Positions 39,899-48,797 of a DNA stretch of 64,000 nucleotides are shown one piece after another. Below the pieces are notes generated by a model. It ran no database searches, had not been told where the DNA came from, and worked only from the letters and a program-made list of their open reading frames with translations. How positions within the stretch are numbered: the stretch's first letter is position 1; each line of letters begins with the position of its first letter. Made by a program: the position numbers and the translations under genes. The DNA lies in assembly GCA_046482545.1 (NCBI GenBank), contig JAWOEX010000039.1:136898-200897 (forward strand), in the 5' to 3' direction. Source of the stretch: Candidatus Thorarchaeota archaeon (lineage in GTDB: Archaea > Asgardarchaeota > Thorarchaeia > Thorarchaeales > Thorarchaeaceae).

Positions 39899-41707
39899 AT
39901 GCGCGTGTATCTCGATGCCAATTTTTTCATAAGCGGATTCAGCGAACGACCGAAAGATGTTGCGCATATTCAAGAAGCTGCTGAAAAAGCAGACATGCAG
40001 CTCTGGATAACAAGACAAGTCTTCCATGAATTGCGATGGTATTTGCGGAGAGAAGTTGAAGCAATAATTAGGATAGATGAGACCTTAAGTAAAGACATCA
40101 AGGAATTCATTGATAGCATCAAGATGCCAGAGAGAAAACTACCCCAATTTAATGATATGTCTCTCATTCTTGCGGCGATGCGTGCAGACGAGGCAAAGAT
40201 AGTCACAAGCGATATAAAACTGCTTAACACCATTGAGGATTTAAAAGTTGACACCGAAGGAATTGTAGGTTCGGCTTTTGTTTTGGAATTGCTAGAATCG
40301 ATTGAAGATGAAAAACTTGAGAAGAAGCTAAGAACGATTAGAGAAAGGATATATAGCGAAGAAGTCAGATACAGCATCTCCCGACGAAAATCCTACGATC
40401 CTGTAACTCGCATCAGAATCATTGAAGACCATGCGCTTCGTGTAATACGGTCAGTAAAGAGACCGGCCGAAGATGTTGACAAGAAGCTTTCAGAAGGGCA
40501 ACCCCTGTTTGTGCTTGACTTTCTTGAAGATATCAAGGCTGGCTTACCTGCTATGTTCGAGGATTTTCAGAAAGGAATGTATGATTCCCTTGCGAACGAA
40601 ATCGAAGCAATTCAGAACGAAATCGAACGTTTGCTCATTGTATCAACGCTTACCCAAGACAGCATCACTCATCATAGATTGGTAGACCACGCGTCAGACC
40701 TCACGTTGTTTCTTTACTATTTGGAAATGATATGCTATCTGTATCGTGGAACACGTGAAGGGGTGGAAAATGCGCTCAGAATCAGCGATGAAGCCACACG
40801 GCTGCTCATGTTCGCTTCCATCAGTAATAACGAGCTGAAGGCTTCTGTCTTCATGGTCATCATCATTCTGAACTTAATCCAAGAAGACTACGAAGAAATA
40901 GACTACTATTACTCGCTCTATGACGGTCTACTGGATAGGGCGGGCCTGAATCAAATGCAAGAGACGTCAGAAGGACTCTATGTAACCATGCAGATACTCC
41001 GAGAATTCATGGGCGGCTTCAAATTAGCCAAGACAAAATTGGAGTATCCATCCGTCACGATTTCAATGCTCAATGATATTGCGACTTACTGCATCCAGTT
41101 CGATAATCATGACAATGCATGGCATCTCGCCCTCAATGGCTACAAAATTGGAGTTGCTTATGGTAAGAAGGAAGGGGCTTTAGCTTCCTTTCTGATGCTC
41201 TACAAAATCTCTTCTTCATCTCATGGACGCTTCGAATCGGCTCTTGAGAAAATCGCGGAGCATGCATTGAAAGTTTTCGTCAAGAAAGGATGGTCAACCG
41301 ACAAGATAACCCCCATCCTGCATGAAATCCAAGGGAACCTGCCTGAGGTTGAAGATATGAGCACAGAAGGTTTCCAGCCGCTGAAGGAACTCCCAGAAGA
41401 AATGAAGGGTTGGATGGATGTCCTGAGCAGAGAAGATGTGGATGGAAAAGAGGTGCTCATCGCTAGGAATGATGAAATCCAAGCTCGTGTTGGAATAGAT
41501 ACTCGCGAGCACAAAGAGATTCGAGGGCTCAAAACCGGTCATAAGATTGCCTTGAGCAAGGGTGAATTCAAAATAGAAGAGACAAGCGACAAGCTGAAAA
41601 AGAATCACGCAGTAGTCTTTCTTATTACCCCGGGTGAGGGAGCCGAAGTGTCATTTGAAGGCGAATATGGTTTCCGTTACTTGGAAATAGCTCAACCGCA
41701 AGCCTAA
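39899..41707 (+). CDS. PIN-domain protein with long helical (TPR-like) region
   Basis: VYLDANF, V..EL, DMSLI, IVTSD PIN acidic tetrad; helical remainder and beta-rich C-terminus. Confidence 0.7.
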   Translation: MRVYLDANFFISGFSERPKDVAHIQEAAEKADMQLWITRQVFHELRWYLRREVEAIIRIDETLSKDIKEFIDSIKMPERKLPQFNDMSLILAAMRADEAKIVTSDIKLLNTIEDLKVDTEGIVGSAFVLELLESIEDEKLEKKLRTIRERIYSEEVRYSISRRKSYDPVTRIRIIEDHALRVIRSVKRPAEDVDKKLSEGQPLFVLDFLEDIKAGLPAMFEDFQKGMYDSLANEIEAIQNEIERLLIVSTLTQDSITHHRLVDHASDLTLFLYYLEMICYLYRGTREGVENALRISDEATRLLMFASISNNELKASVFMVIIILNLIQEDYEEIDYYYSLYDGLLDRAGLNQMQETSEGLYVTMQILREFMGGFKLAKTKLEYPSVTISMLNDIATYCIQFDNHDNAWHLALNGYKIGVAYGKKEGALASFLMLYKISSSSHGRFESALEKIAEHALKVFVKKGWSTDKITPILHEIQGNLPEVEDMSTEGFQPLKELPEEMKGWMDVLSREDVDGKEVLIARNDEIQARVGIDTREHKEIRGLKTGHKIALSKGEFKIEETSDKLKKNHAVVFLITPGEGAEVSFEGEYGFRYLEIAQPQA

Positions 41708-41868
41708 AGCTGCCAAACACCTAAGATGAGGCATTTATGAGAAAGCCCTGCATTTCGATGCTTTACTCTGACCAATGGCAAACCGAGTTTGACCTTCGAG
41801 CAGATAGGGTAACATAATCTGTGGCAATCGTACACCCCATTCTAAATGAGGTTCGAAAACGCTACCAA

Positions 41869-42231
41869 TCAAGCCGCAGAAGGCTTGACTTTGTCATCGG
41901 GGATGTTTGGCAATTTTACAGCAATGAAGCTAACGTCCGTATCCGCCGGAGCTGAGAACCAGTGCTCTTCACCAGGATCTACAATTACAACATCTCCTGG
42001 GCCCACGGGTATGACTTCTTCATCAATCCCAATCTCTGTATCATCAAGGAAAATGAAAACTTCCTGCAACGAGTGATGAGCGTGTGGTTCTGTGCGTTTT
42101 CCCGCATCTACGTGTACTACAATGAATGCAGCAGTTTCTACTCGTTGTATTAACTCGACATCTGCAATATAGGTCGCCGTATAGCCGGCACGCGTTTTAG
42201 GTTCAGTTTCATCAGCCCTGAATATCTTCAA
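41869..42231 (-). CDS. Cupin domain protein
   Basis: PHAH...QEVF and GDVVIVDPGEEH. Confidence 0.85.
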   Translation of the reverse strand: MKIFRADETEPKTRAGYTATYIADVELIQRVETAAFIVVHVDAGKRTEPHAHHSLQEVFIFLDDTEIGIDEEVIPVGPGDVVIVDPGEEHWFSAPADTDVSFIAVKLPNIPDDKVKPSAA

Positions 42232-42339
42232 TCTTTACCATCTCGTTTCGGGTACCGTAGGTTTCTCGTAAAAGGATAGCTGTAAGAAACTGTAACATCA
42301 GGTTTAAACTCGATTCTATATGATGAAGACACAGGCAGG

Positions 42340-42840
42340 ATGATATCATTGAAGACGACTGTTGCTGTAATAGGTGGCTCTGATACGAGCGGAAGAGGCT
42401 TGGAGCTTGCTGAAGAAGTGGGTGCTGAGATTGCGAAGCGCGGACACGTATTGGTATGCGGGGGACTAGGAGGCGTTATGGAAGCTGCCTGCAAGGGAGC
42501 AAAAAAACACGGAGGGCTGACAGTAGGCATTCTACCCACCGAGAGAAAAAGCCATGCTAACCCGTATGTCGACATTGCCATTCCAACAGGACTGGGTTAT
42601 GTAAGGAACTTTCTTGTTGCCCGTGGAGGCGATGCAGTAATTGCTATTGCTGGATCTGCGGGAACTCTCAGTGAAATGGCAATCGCTTGGTTCTCCGACC
42701 GTCCGGTTGTCGCGCTGGTAGAATCAGGGGGATGGGCTGAAAAGCTGGCTGGGCAAAGAATCGACCATAGGCGAAGTGACACCGTGTATCCTGCTCAGAG
42801 TGCTGAAGAAGCAGTAGAGGTCGCAGTTGATTCAATCTGA
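42340..42840 (+). CDS. TIGR00725 / LOG (SLOG) family nucleotide-binding protein
   Basis: CGGLGGVMEAACKGA, GILP, RN, GSAGTLSE. Confidence 0.88.
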   Translation: MISLKTTVAVIGGSDTSGRGLELAEEVGAEIAKRGHVLVCGGLGGVMEAACKGAKKHGGLTVGILPTERKSHANPYVDIAIPTGLGYVRNFLVARGGDAVIAIAGSAGTLSEMAIAWFSDRPVVALVESGGWAEKLAGQRIDHRRSDTVYPAQSAEEAVEVAVDSI

Positions 42841-42871
42841 TTACACTCATCTCAACCCGAGTCTATGTTGA

Positions 42872-43762
42872 TTGCCACAACACTATAAGAAAGGTCGCAA
42901 GTGTCTTATTGAAAAGGATATGAAGCTCGCGAAGGAAGTCATCCATGGCGACTATGATTTAGTGGAACACGAGGTTCAATATCTAATAAATCGGCTCTCT
43001 TCAAATTATAAGCTCAAACCTAACGTTGTAGAGTTCCCTTCTGAAGATGTGCTGTTTGTAGGAGATCTCCATGGCGACATACAGGCCGCTGAAGGAGTGC
43101 TCAATGAATTCAATGAAATGAGTCCGTCGGCTGTTGTCTTTCTTGGAGATTATGCTGACAGGGGAAGCGCTCAGATTCACACCATCAACCTGGTCATATC
43201 CATGGCCATTGAATTTCCAGAACAAGTGATAATGCTGCGGGGTAACCACGAAGCAGAAGATCTTGCTGCTCGCTACGGCTTTAGGGGCGAAGTTCGAAGA
43301 GGGTATTCGGACGATCTTTTTCGAAGCTATTGCGAACTCTTCAAATCACTACCGATGGCAGCCATGAATGAAGAGAGAATATTTGCGTGCCATGGTGGAA
43401 TACCAGAAGATGTTTCATCAATCTCTGACCTTCAGAAAATAGATAGGCAACACGCGAATATTCATGACAAAGTATTATTCCAATTGGTCTGGAATGACCC
43501 CAAACCTGCTGACTTCTACTTCCGGCCCAGTATGCGTGGTGGGGGATCGAAATACTTCGGACGGAGAGCTTTCGACGAATTTTCAAAGAACTTGGACATC
43601 CATACCATTGTTCGAGCTCACGAAGCATTTCCTTCTGGTTTCAGAAGATTCTTTGATGGGAATCTCATCAGTGTATTCAGCACGGCATATGGTGGCCGTG
43701 TTAATCCAAAAATCGGTCATTTATCAACTGAACGTACAATCAGCCCGATATCACACATATAA
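42872..43762 (+). CDS. PPP-family serine/threonine protein phosphatase
   Basis: GDLHG, GDYADRG, LRGNHE, CHGG, WNDP, RAHE, SVFS; start may be ATG 42920. Confidence 0.9.
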   Translation: MPQHYKKGRKCLIEKDMKLAKEVIHGDYDLVEHEVQYLINRLSSNYKLKPNVVEFPSEDVLFVGDLHGDIQAAEGVLNEFNEMSPSAVVFLGDYADRGSAQIHTINLVISMAIEFPEQVIMLRGNHEAEDLAARYGFRGEVRRGYSDDLFRSYCELFKSLPMAAMNEERIFACHGGIPEDVSSISDLQKIDRQHANIHDKVLFQLVWNDPKPADFYFRPSMRGGGSKYFGRRAFDEFSKNLDIHTIVRAHEAFPSGFRRFFDGNLISVFSTAYGGRVNPKIGHLSTERTISPISHI

Positions 43763-43910
43763 TCAATCAGATATTTGTAGTATTACGTAACATGATATGG
43801 GCTAAAAACCACTCCATGCCAACCTAGCAGCTCCCTTGCTAGAGACAAGTTCTTAAATAATGGCGGAAGTTCTCGACTCAGCCGGTCTTTGCTCCGAAGG
43901 TGGAAATACA

Positions 43911-44993
43911 ATGACAAAAGTTGCAGTGGTTAAAACAACACCAAAGACAATCCACGAAGACATAGCGCGTGTCATGGATCTCGCAGATTATGACAAGTAC
44001 GTCTCAAAGAACATCGAGACAACGATTAAACTCAATTTGTCTTGGAGCAAGTTCTATCCGGCATGTTCAACCAATCCCTATACCTTTGACGGAGTCCTCA
44101 GGAAATTAATCGGAGATGGTTTTCTCAACAGAAGCATTCAAGCAGTTGAGAATGAAACCGTCGTCACAAACATATACGAGGGGACCCATAAGAACAACTG
44201 GTATCCAGTCATCAAGAAGCACGGCATCAGGTTTCTCCCTCTCATCAAAGCCAATTATGTTGATGTCGAACTGCCGCAGGATACATTGGCTCTAGAGGAT
44301 ATCTTTGGAGAAGTGATAGCTCCAGAGGAAATATTCGATACCAATATCATCCACTTGCCGACAATCAAGGTGCATGGGCACACATCGATGACAGGTGCGA
44401 TGAAGGATTCCTTTGGTCTCTATCTTACCAAGAATCGTCACTTAGCCCATTTGAAGATACACGAAGTGCTTGTTGACCTGCTACTCTTACAGAAGACCAT
44501 ATCACATTCGGAATTCGTTGTAACAGATGGGACAGTGGTAGGCGATGGTGCCGGCCCTCGAACAATGGAACCAAAAATTGGAAACCTTCTCATAGCAACT
44601 CACGATATGGTTGCAGCAGATGCTGTTCAGACCCGATTGATGGGAATACCTCAAGAACAGGTCAGAAAACTACAGATTGCTGAAGAGCTTGGACTAGGAG
44701 ATGCAAGCAGGGATCGCATAGAAATTGTAGGGGATTTCGAATCCTGGGATGATTTGCCCAACCTCCATCTCAGTACTGGCAAGAGCCCTGTTATAGCATG
44801 GAACAGGGGTTTTCTCAAGTTTCCGGGTATGGAGCAACTGATCTTCCGTTCACCTCTTATGTGGTTACCAACCCAACTTTCAGGGCTTTATCATGATGGC
44901 ATTTGGCTCCCTCTGTTTGGCAAGAAATGGGTCGAATGGTTCTTGGAGGAAACTGAATGGGGCGAGCTTTGGAAGTCTTACTCTGAAGAATAA
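43911..44993 (+). CDS. DUF362 domain protein
   Basis: IKLNLSW, LPTIKVHGHT.MTGAMK..FG, DG...GDG.GP, D.VAAD. Confidence 0.85.
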   Translation: MTKVAVVKTTPKTIHEDIARVMDLADYDKYVSKNIETTIKLNLSWSKFYPACSTNPYTFDGVLRKLIGDGFLNRSIQAVENETVVTNIYEGTHKNNWYPVIKKHGIRFLPLIKANYVDVELPQDTLALEDIFGEVIAPEEIFDTNIIHLPTIKVHGHTSMTGAMKDSFGLYLTKNRHLAHLKIHEVLVDLLLLQKTISHSEFVVTDGTVVGDGAGPRTMEPKIGNLLIATHDMVAADAVQTRLMGIPQEQVRKLQIAEELGLGDASRDRIEIVGDFESWDDLPNLHLSTGKSPVIAWNRGFLKFPGMEQLIFRSPLMWLPTQLSGLYHDGIWLPLFGKKWVEWFLEETEWGELWKSYSEE

Positions 44994-45986
44994 TTGGAGA
45001 TGGAAAAATTGCCTGTTAAGGATTATCTACGGTTAATGCGACCGCAGCAGTGGTACAAGAACTTGTTAGTTTTTCTCGCCATCATTTTCGTGGAGTTGCC
45101 ACAAAAATGGCCCTGGGAGACAATTCCTGCTGTTTTCAGGCTTTCAAACTACCCCCCGCTTATAATGGGTTTTCTTGTTCTTTGTGCAGTATCCAGCAGC
45201 GGATACATCATAAACGACATCATGGATATCGAGGAGGATGCTGCCCATCCCGAGAAAAAGAAAAGACCATTACCATCAGGAGCAGTATCCAAGTCTGCAT
45301 CCTATGCTCTAGCTATGGTGCTTCTTGGTTCAGGACTTGTGCTCTCGTACTACTTGAGCAGGATGTTCTTTCTATGCATCTTGCTGTACTTATTCAATTC
45401 CCAAGCATACAACAAATTCCTCAAGAACTACGCGGTGGTAGACGTTGTTACGATTGCAGTTGGTTTCATTATCAGGGCTGTATCTGGTACCTTCTTAATG
45501 GGTGTGGGATTTACATCCTGGCTGGTTATCGGAGTTTTCTTTTTTGCATTAGTTCTTGGATTTGGAAAAAGGAAGAATGAATTGCAGCTGCTTGGTGATG
45601 ATGCACCAGAACACAAGCCCGTGTTTACTCAATATACAGATACAATGCTGAATCACGCAATTAGCATTTCAGCCACTTGGGTAGTGCTTTTCTACGCCCT
45701 CTATACATATGAAAACTATCGAGACGTTATGGTCAAACAGCCAGTTATGATCACCGTACCAATCGCTGCAAGCATCATTCTAAGATACATCTACCTACTG
45801 CATATTGGAAGTCCTGTCGGCCGCAAGCCACATCTCGCCGCAAGAGACAAAGGTATTCTTGTTGGAGCCATTATCTTCGGTGTAGTACTTGTCTTGACTC
45901 TCTTCTTCTGGCAGCCAATATTCAGTTTCTTTACCGATTTGCTTCCGATACCCCCAGATGTTCCAGATGTTACAGACCTTCCGTAG
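44994..45986 (+). CDS. UbiA-family prenyltransferase, decaprenyl-phosphate phosphoribosyltransferase-like
   Basis: MRP.QW.KN..V, Y.IND..D...D..HP.K..RP..SG, GF.IRA..G, GKR..EL. Confidence 0.85.
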   Translation: MEMEKLPVKDYLRLMRPQQWYKNLLVFLAIIFVELPQKWPWETIPAVFRLSNYPPLIMGFLVLCAVSSSGYIINDIMDIEEDAAHPEKKKRPLPSGAVSKSASYALAMVLLGSGLVLSYYLSRMFFLCILLYLFNSQAYNKFLKNYAVVDVVTIAVGFIIRAVSGTFLMGVGFTSWLVIGVFFFALVLGFGKRKNELQLLGDDAPEHKPVFTQYTDTMLNHAISISATWVVLFYALYTYENYRDVMVKQPVMITVPIAASIILRYIYLLHIGSPVGRKPHLAARDKGILVGAIIFGVVLVLTLFFWQPIFSFFTDLLPIPPDVPDVTDLP

Positions 45987-46661
45987 GTGTTTGAAATGCG
46001 GAAGGCTCTTTTTCCATTCGACCTTCACAGCCACACTCTCTTTTCAAAGGATGGGCTCAACAAGCCACGAGACATGTTCAAGTGGATGAGGAAGAAGAAG
46101 CTGAAAGGAATGGCTCTCACTGAACATGAAAGAGCCTCCATTCTCACACCAATAGTCCACAAAGGTCGTTTCTTGTTACCCGCTTGTGAATACAAATCTA
46201 CTGACTATGGCGAGTTGATTGGTCTTTTCATAAATGGTCATATTGAAAATCGTACCTTTGTTGAAATCGCAGAAGATATCCATGACCAAGATGCCTTCAC
46301 TGTGCTTCCTCACCCGAGGGATCCGTTTAGGAAAGAGACAGCTCTAATGCAGAAACTCCCAGACAAGATAATCAAAAAACACGTTGATTTCATCGAAGGT
46401 ATAAACTCTCGTTGTCTTTTTCCCATATTTAACAAATGGGCACAGGATTTGGCCAAACGTCTTGACAAACCAATGACTGCTGGGAGCGATGCTCACAGCC
46501 ATCTAGAAATCGGTCATGCAAAAACTTGGTTTGAAAAAGCAGATACACCTCAACAAGTTTACGAGGAGCTGAAACAAGGTAACACGGTGATATCCGGAAG
46601 GGTTTCTTTTCCGTGGGTACACCTCCCTTCAATGCTCTGGCAACGTGCTAGGAAGTTGTGA
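45987..46661 (+). CDS. PHP-domain metal-dependent phosphoesterase
   Basis: DLHSH...S.DG, LTEH, PHP, E.INSR, AGSDAH. Confidence 0.85.
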   Translation: MFEMRKALFPFDLHSHTLFSKDGLNKPRDMFKWMRKKKLKGMALTEHERASILTPIVHKGRFLLPACEYKSTDYGELIGLFINGHIENRTFVEIAEDIHDQDAFTVLPHPRDPFRKETALMQKLPDKIIKKHVDFIEGINSRCLFPIFNKWAQDLAKRLDKPMTAGSDAHSHLEIGHAKTWFEKADTPQQVYEELKQGNTVISGRVSFPWVHLPSMLWQRARKL

Positions 46662-47683
46662 ATGTGACTGCAGAAACTGCTAACGAAACTGAACCTGAAC
46701 AAGATTTCATCAGCACGAGAAACCTGGTCATTTTCATTGCGATCGGTGTACTTGTATACTTGGTAATAGTATTTTACGCAGATTTTGACTTGGTTCTGCA
46801 TGCCCTTCTCAGTATCCCTTGGTGGTGGGTACTGCCTACCATGATGGCGATGTCCTTTGCCAACTATGCAATCAGGTTCGTCAAATGGCAATACTACCTT
46901 GGCTTGATTGATGTGGATTTGCCAGCAAAAAAGAGCTTTAGCGTTTTCCTAGCAGGTTTCACTCTCACAGCTACACCCGGAAAAATTGGTGAGGCCATCA
47001 AGGGTTACTTTTGCAATCAACTGGATGGAACTCCGATAGCCAAAACTGTTCCAGTGGTAATTTCTGAAAGAATAACCGATCTGCTCGCTATGGTTGCATT
47101 AGCTATAGGGGGTTTCATTCTTGCATTCAATGTCGGAAACCAGCTGCTTCTCCTAGCTGGCGTAGGAGCACTGGCAATTATTGGAGCAGTTATTCTAAGT
47201 AACAAAGCATTCTACTCCAAAATCCTCAGGAAGCTAACCTCTTTCGGCCCACTGAAAAGATACCAAGATAGCTGTGATTTGATTGAAGACACACTAATGA
47301 AGACACTTTCACCTAAACCCCTTGTTCTCAGTTCTCTGGTAAGTATTCCAGGGTGGTTCATGGAGTGTATGGAATTGTGGCTATTACTCAGTCTGTTCAA
47401 TGGCATGGGGCTACCCAGTCTTGCTCCCGAATCATTGATACTCTTAGCCTCAGCCACTTTCATTCATGCGGGGGCATCCACAATTGGAGCCGTACTCGTG
47501 TTTCTCCCGGGTGGGCTTGGCGGCTACGAAGCCTTCGCCATAGGGATGATGACAGGTCTTATGGCATTACCAGCAGCCATAGCTAGTGCCGCAACTATTC
47601 TGGTCCGCTTTGTAACATTATGGTTCAGCGTCATGGTTGGCTTTGTAGCCATGGCGATAGTGACGAGAATGAGCGCAAACTGA
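46658..47683 (+). CDS. Lysylphosphatidylglycerol-synthase TM domain (flippase-like) protein
   Basis: RF.KW, TPGKIGE..K, ERITD, PGGLG..E, R..TLW; GTGA overlap with the PHP gene. Confidence 0.85.
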   Translation: MNVTAETANETEPEQDFISTRNLVIFIAIGVLVYLVIVFYADFDLVLHALLSIPWWWVLPTMMAMSFANYAIRFVKWQYYLGLIDVDLPAKKSFSVFLAGFTLTATPGKIGEAIKGYFCNQLDGTPIAKTVPVVISERITDLLAMVALAIGGFILAFNVGNQLLLLAGVGALAIIGAVILSNKAFYSKILRKLTSFGPLKRYQDSCDLIEDTLMKTLSPKPLVLSSLVSIPGWFMECMELWLLLSLFNGMGLPSLAPESLILLASATFIHAGASTIGAVLVFLPGGLGGYEAFAIGMMTGLMALPAAIASAATILVRFVTLWFSVMVGFVAMAIVTRMSAN

Positions 47684-47745
47684 ACTGGTGCCGTCCCCAG
47701 CAACCTTAAATCAATGACTTCAATGCACCCCATCTGTGAGAACAT

Positions 47746-48762
47746 ATGAGTACTCGCGTAGAAATCGCTCTTGCTAATGCCGAAGAAGTAGTAACCGCTG
47801 ATGAAATAGAGGAAATACTGGCTAACAAAGAGGATTTCACGTTTTATTATGGTACGGCACCGACAGGACCATTTCACTTCGCGTATCTAATACCGCTTAA
47901 CAAACTCATTCAACTCGCTGAGATAGGCGGGGAAGGCACCATACTACTAGCTGATTACCACGCGCACTTAGATTCCAGAAAGACCTCCTTTGAACAAATG
48001 CAGATAAGGTCAGATTACTACGAACAGTGCACACGAGGTATTCTCGGCGAGTACTCAGATAAGATGAAATTCGTCAGGGGTTCCTCCTATCAACATACTC
48101 GTGAATACGTAGAAGATCTATACAGAATAGCCGCACGAGTAACAACAAACAGGGCAAAGCGAGCTGCCAGTGAAGTTGTCCGCCAGAGAGGGACCGCCAA
48201 GGTTTCAGAACTGCTTTATCCACTCCTCCAGATTCTGGATGTCAAGTACCTGAATGCAGATATTACGGTTGGAGGCATAGACCAACGCAACATCTACATG
48301 CTCGGTCGTGAACATCTCGAATACGTACATTTCCCCAAGAGTTCCTACGTTTTCATGCCCTTGTTACCATCGCTAAGGGGCGGTGGTGCCAAAATGTCTG
48401 CAAGTGATCCCACTTCTCATATTCGAGTGACTGATGACCCTGAGAACATACGAAAAACAATTCGAGAAGCATACTGTCCTGCAGGAGAACTGGCCGAAAA
48501 TCCAATCACAGCTACGATGAGATATATTATCTTCCCAAGATACGGAGAGATACAGATAGAAAGAAAAGAGAAATTCGGGGGAGACATATCCTTCGGTTCA
48601 ATAGAGGAATTTGAACGAGCATATGTTGAGGAGGAAGTACATCCCCTCGACGTCAAAAAGACCGTAGCAAAAGCCCTTGTTGAATTGCTTGAACCTGCTA
48701 GAACCTATTTTGAGAAGCACGAGGGACTACTCGAGGAAGCACAGAAAACCTTCCAAGAATAG
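47746..48762 (+). CDS. tyrS: Tyrosine--tRNA ligase (archaeal/eukaryotic type)
   Basis: YYG.APTG..HFAY (HIGH-like), LADYHAHL, YPLLQ.LD, GGIDQR, KMSAS, AYCP, HPLDVK. Confidence 0.94.
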   Translation: MSTRVEIALANAEEVVTADEIEEILANKEDFTFYYGTAPTGPFHFAYLIPLNKLIQLAEIGGEGTILLADYHAHLDSRKTSFEQMQIRSDYYEQCTRGILGEYSDKMKFVRGSSYQHTREYVEDLYRIAARVTTNRAKRAASEVVRQRGTAKVSELLYPLLQILDVKYLNADITVGGIDQRNIYMLGREHLEYVHFPKSSYVFMPLLPSLRGGGAKMSASDPTSHIRVTDDPENIRKTIREAYCPAGELAENPITATMRYIIFPRYGEIQIERKEKFGGDISFGSIEEFERAYVEEEVHPLDVKKTVAKALVELLEPARTYFEKHEGLLEEAQKTFQE

Positions 48763-48797
48763 CCCATGGTCCGGTGCAACAGTTGCATGAATTATAT

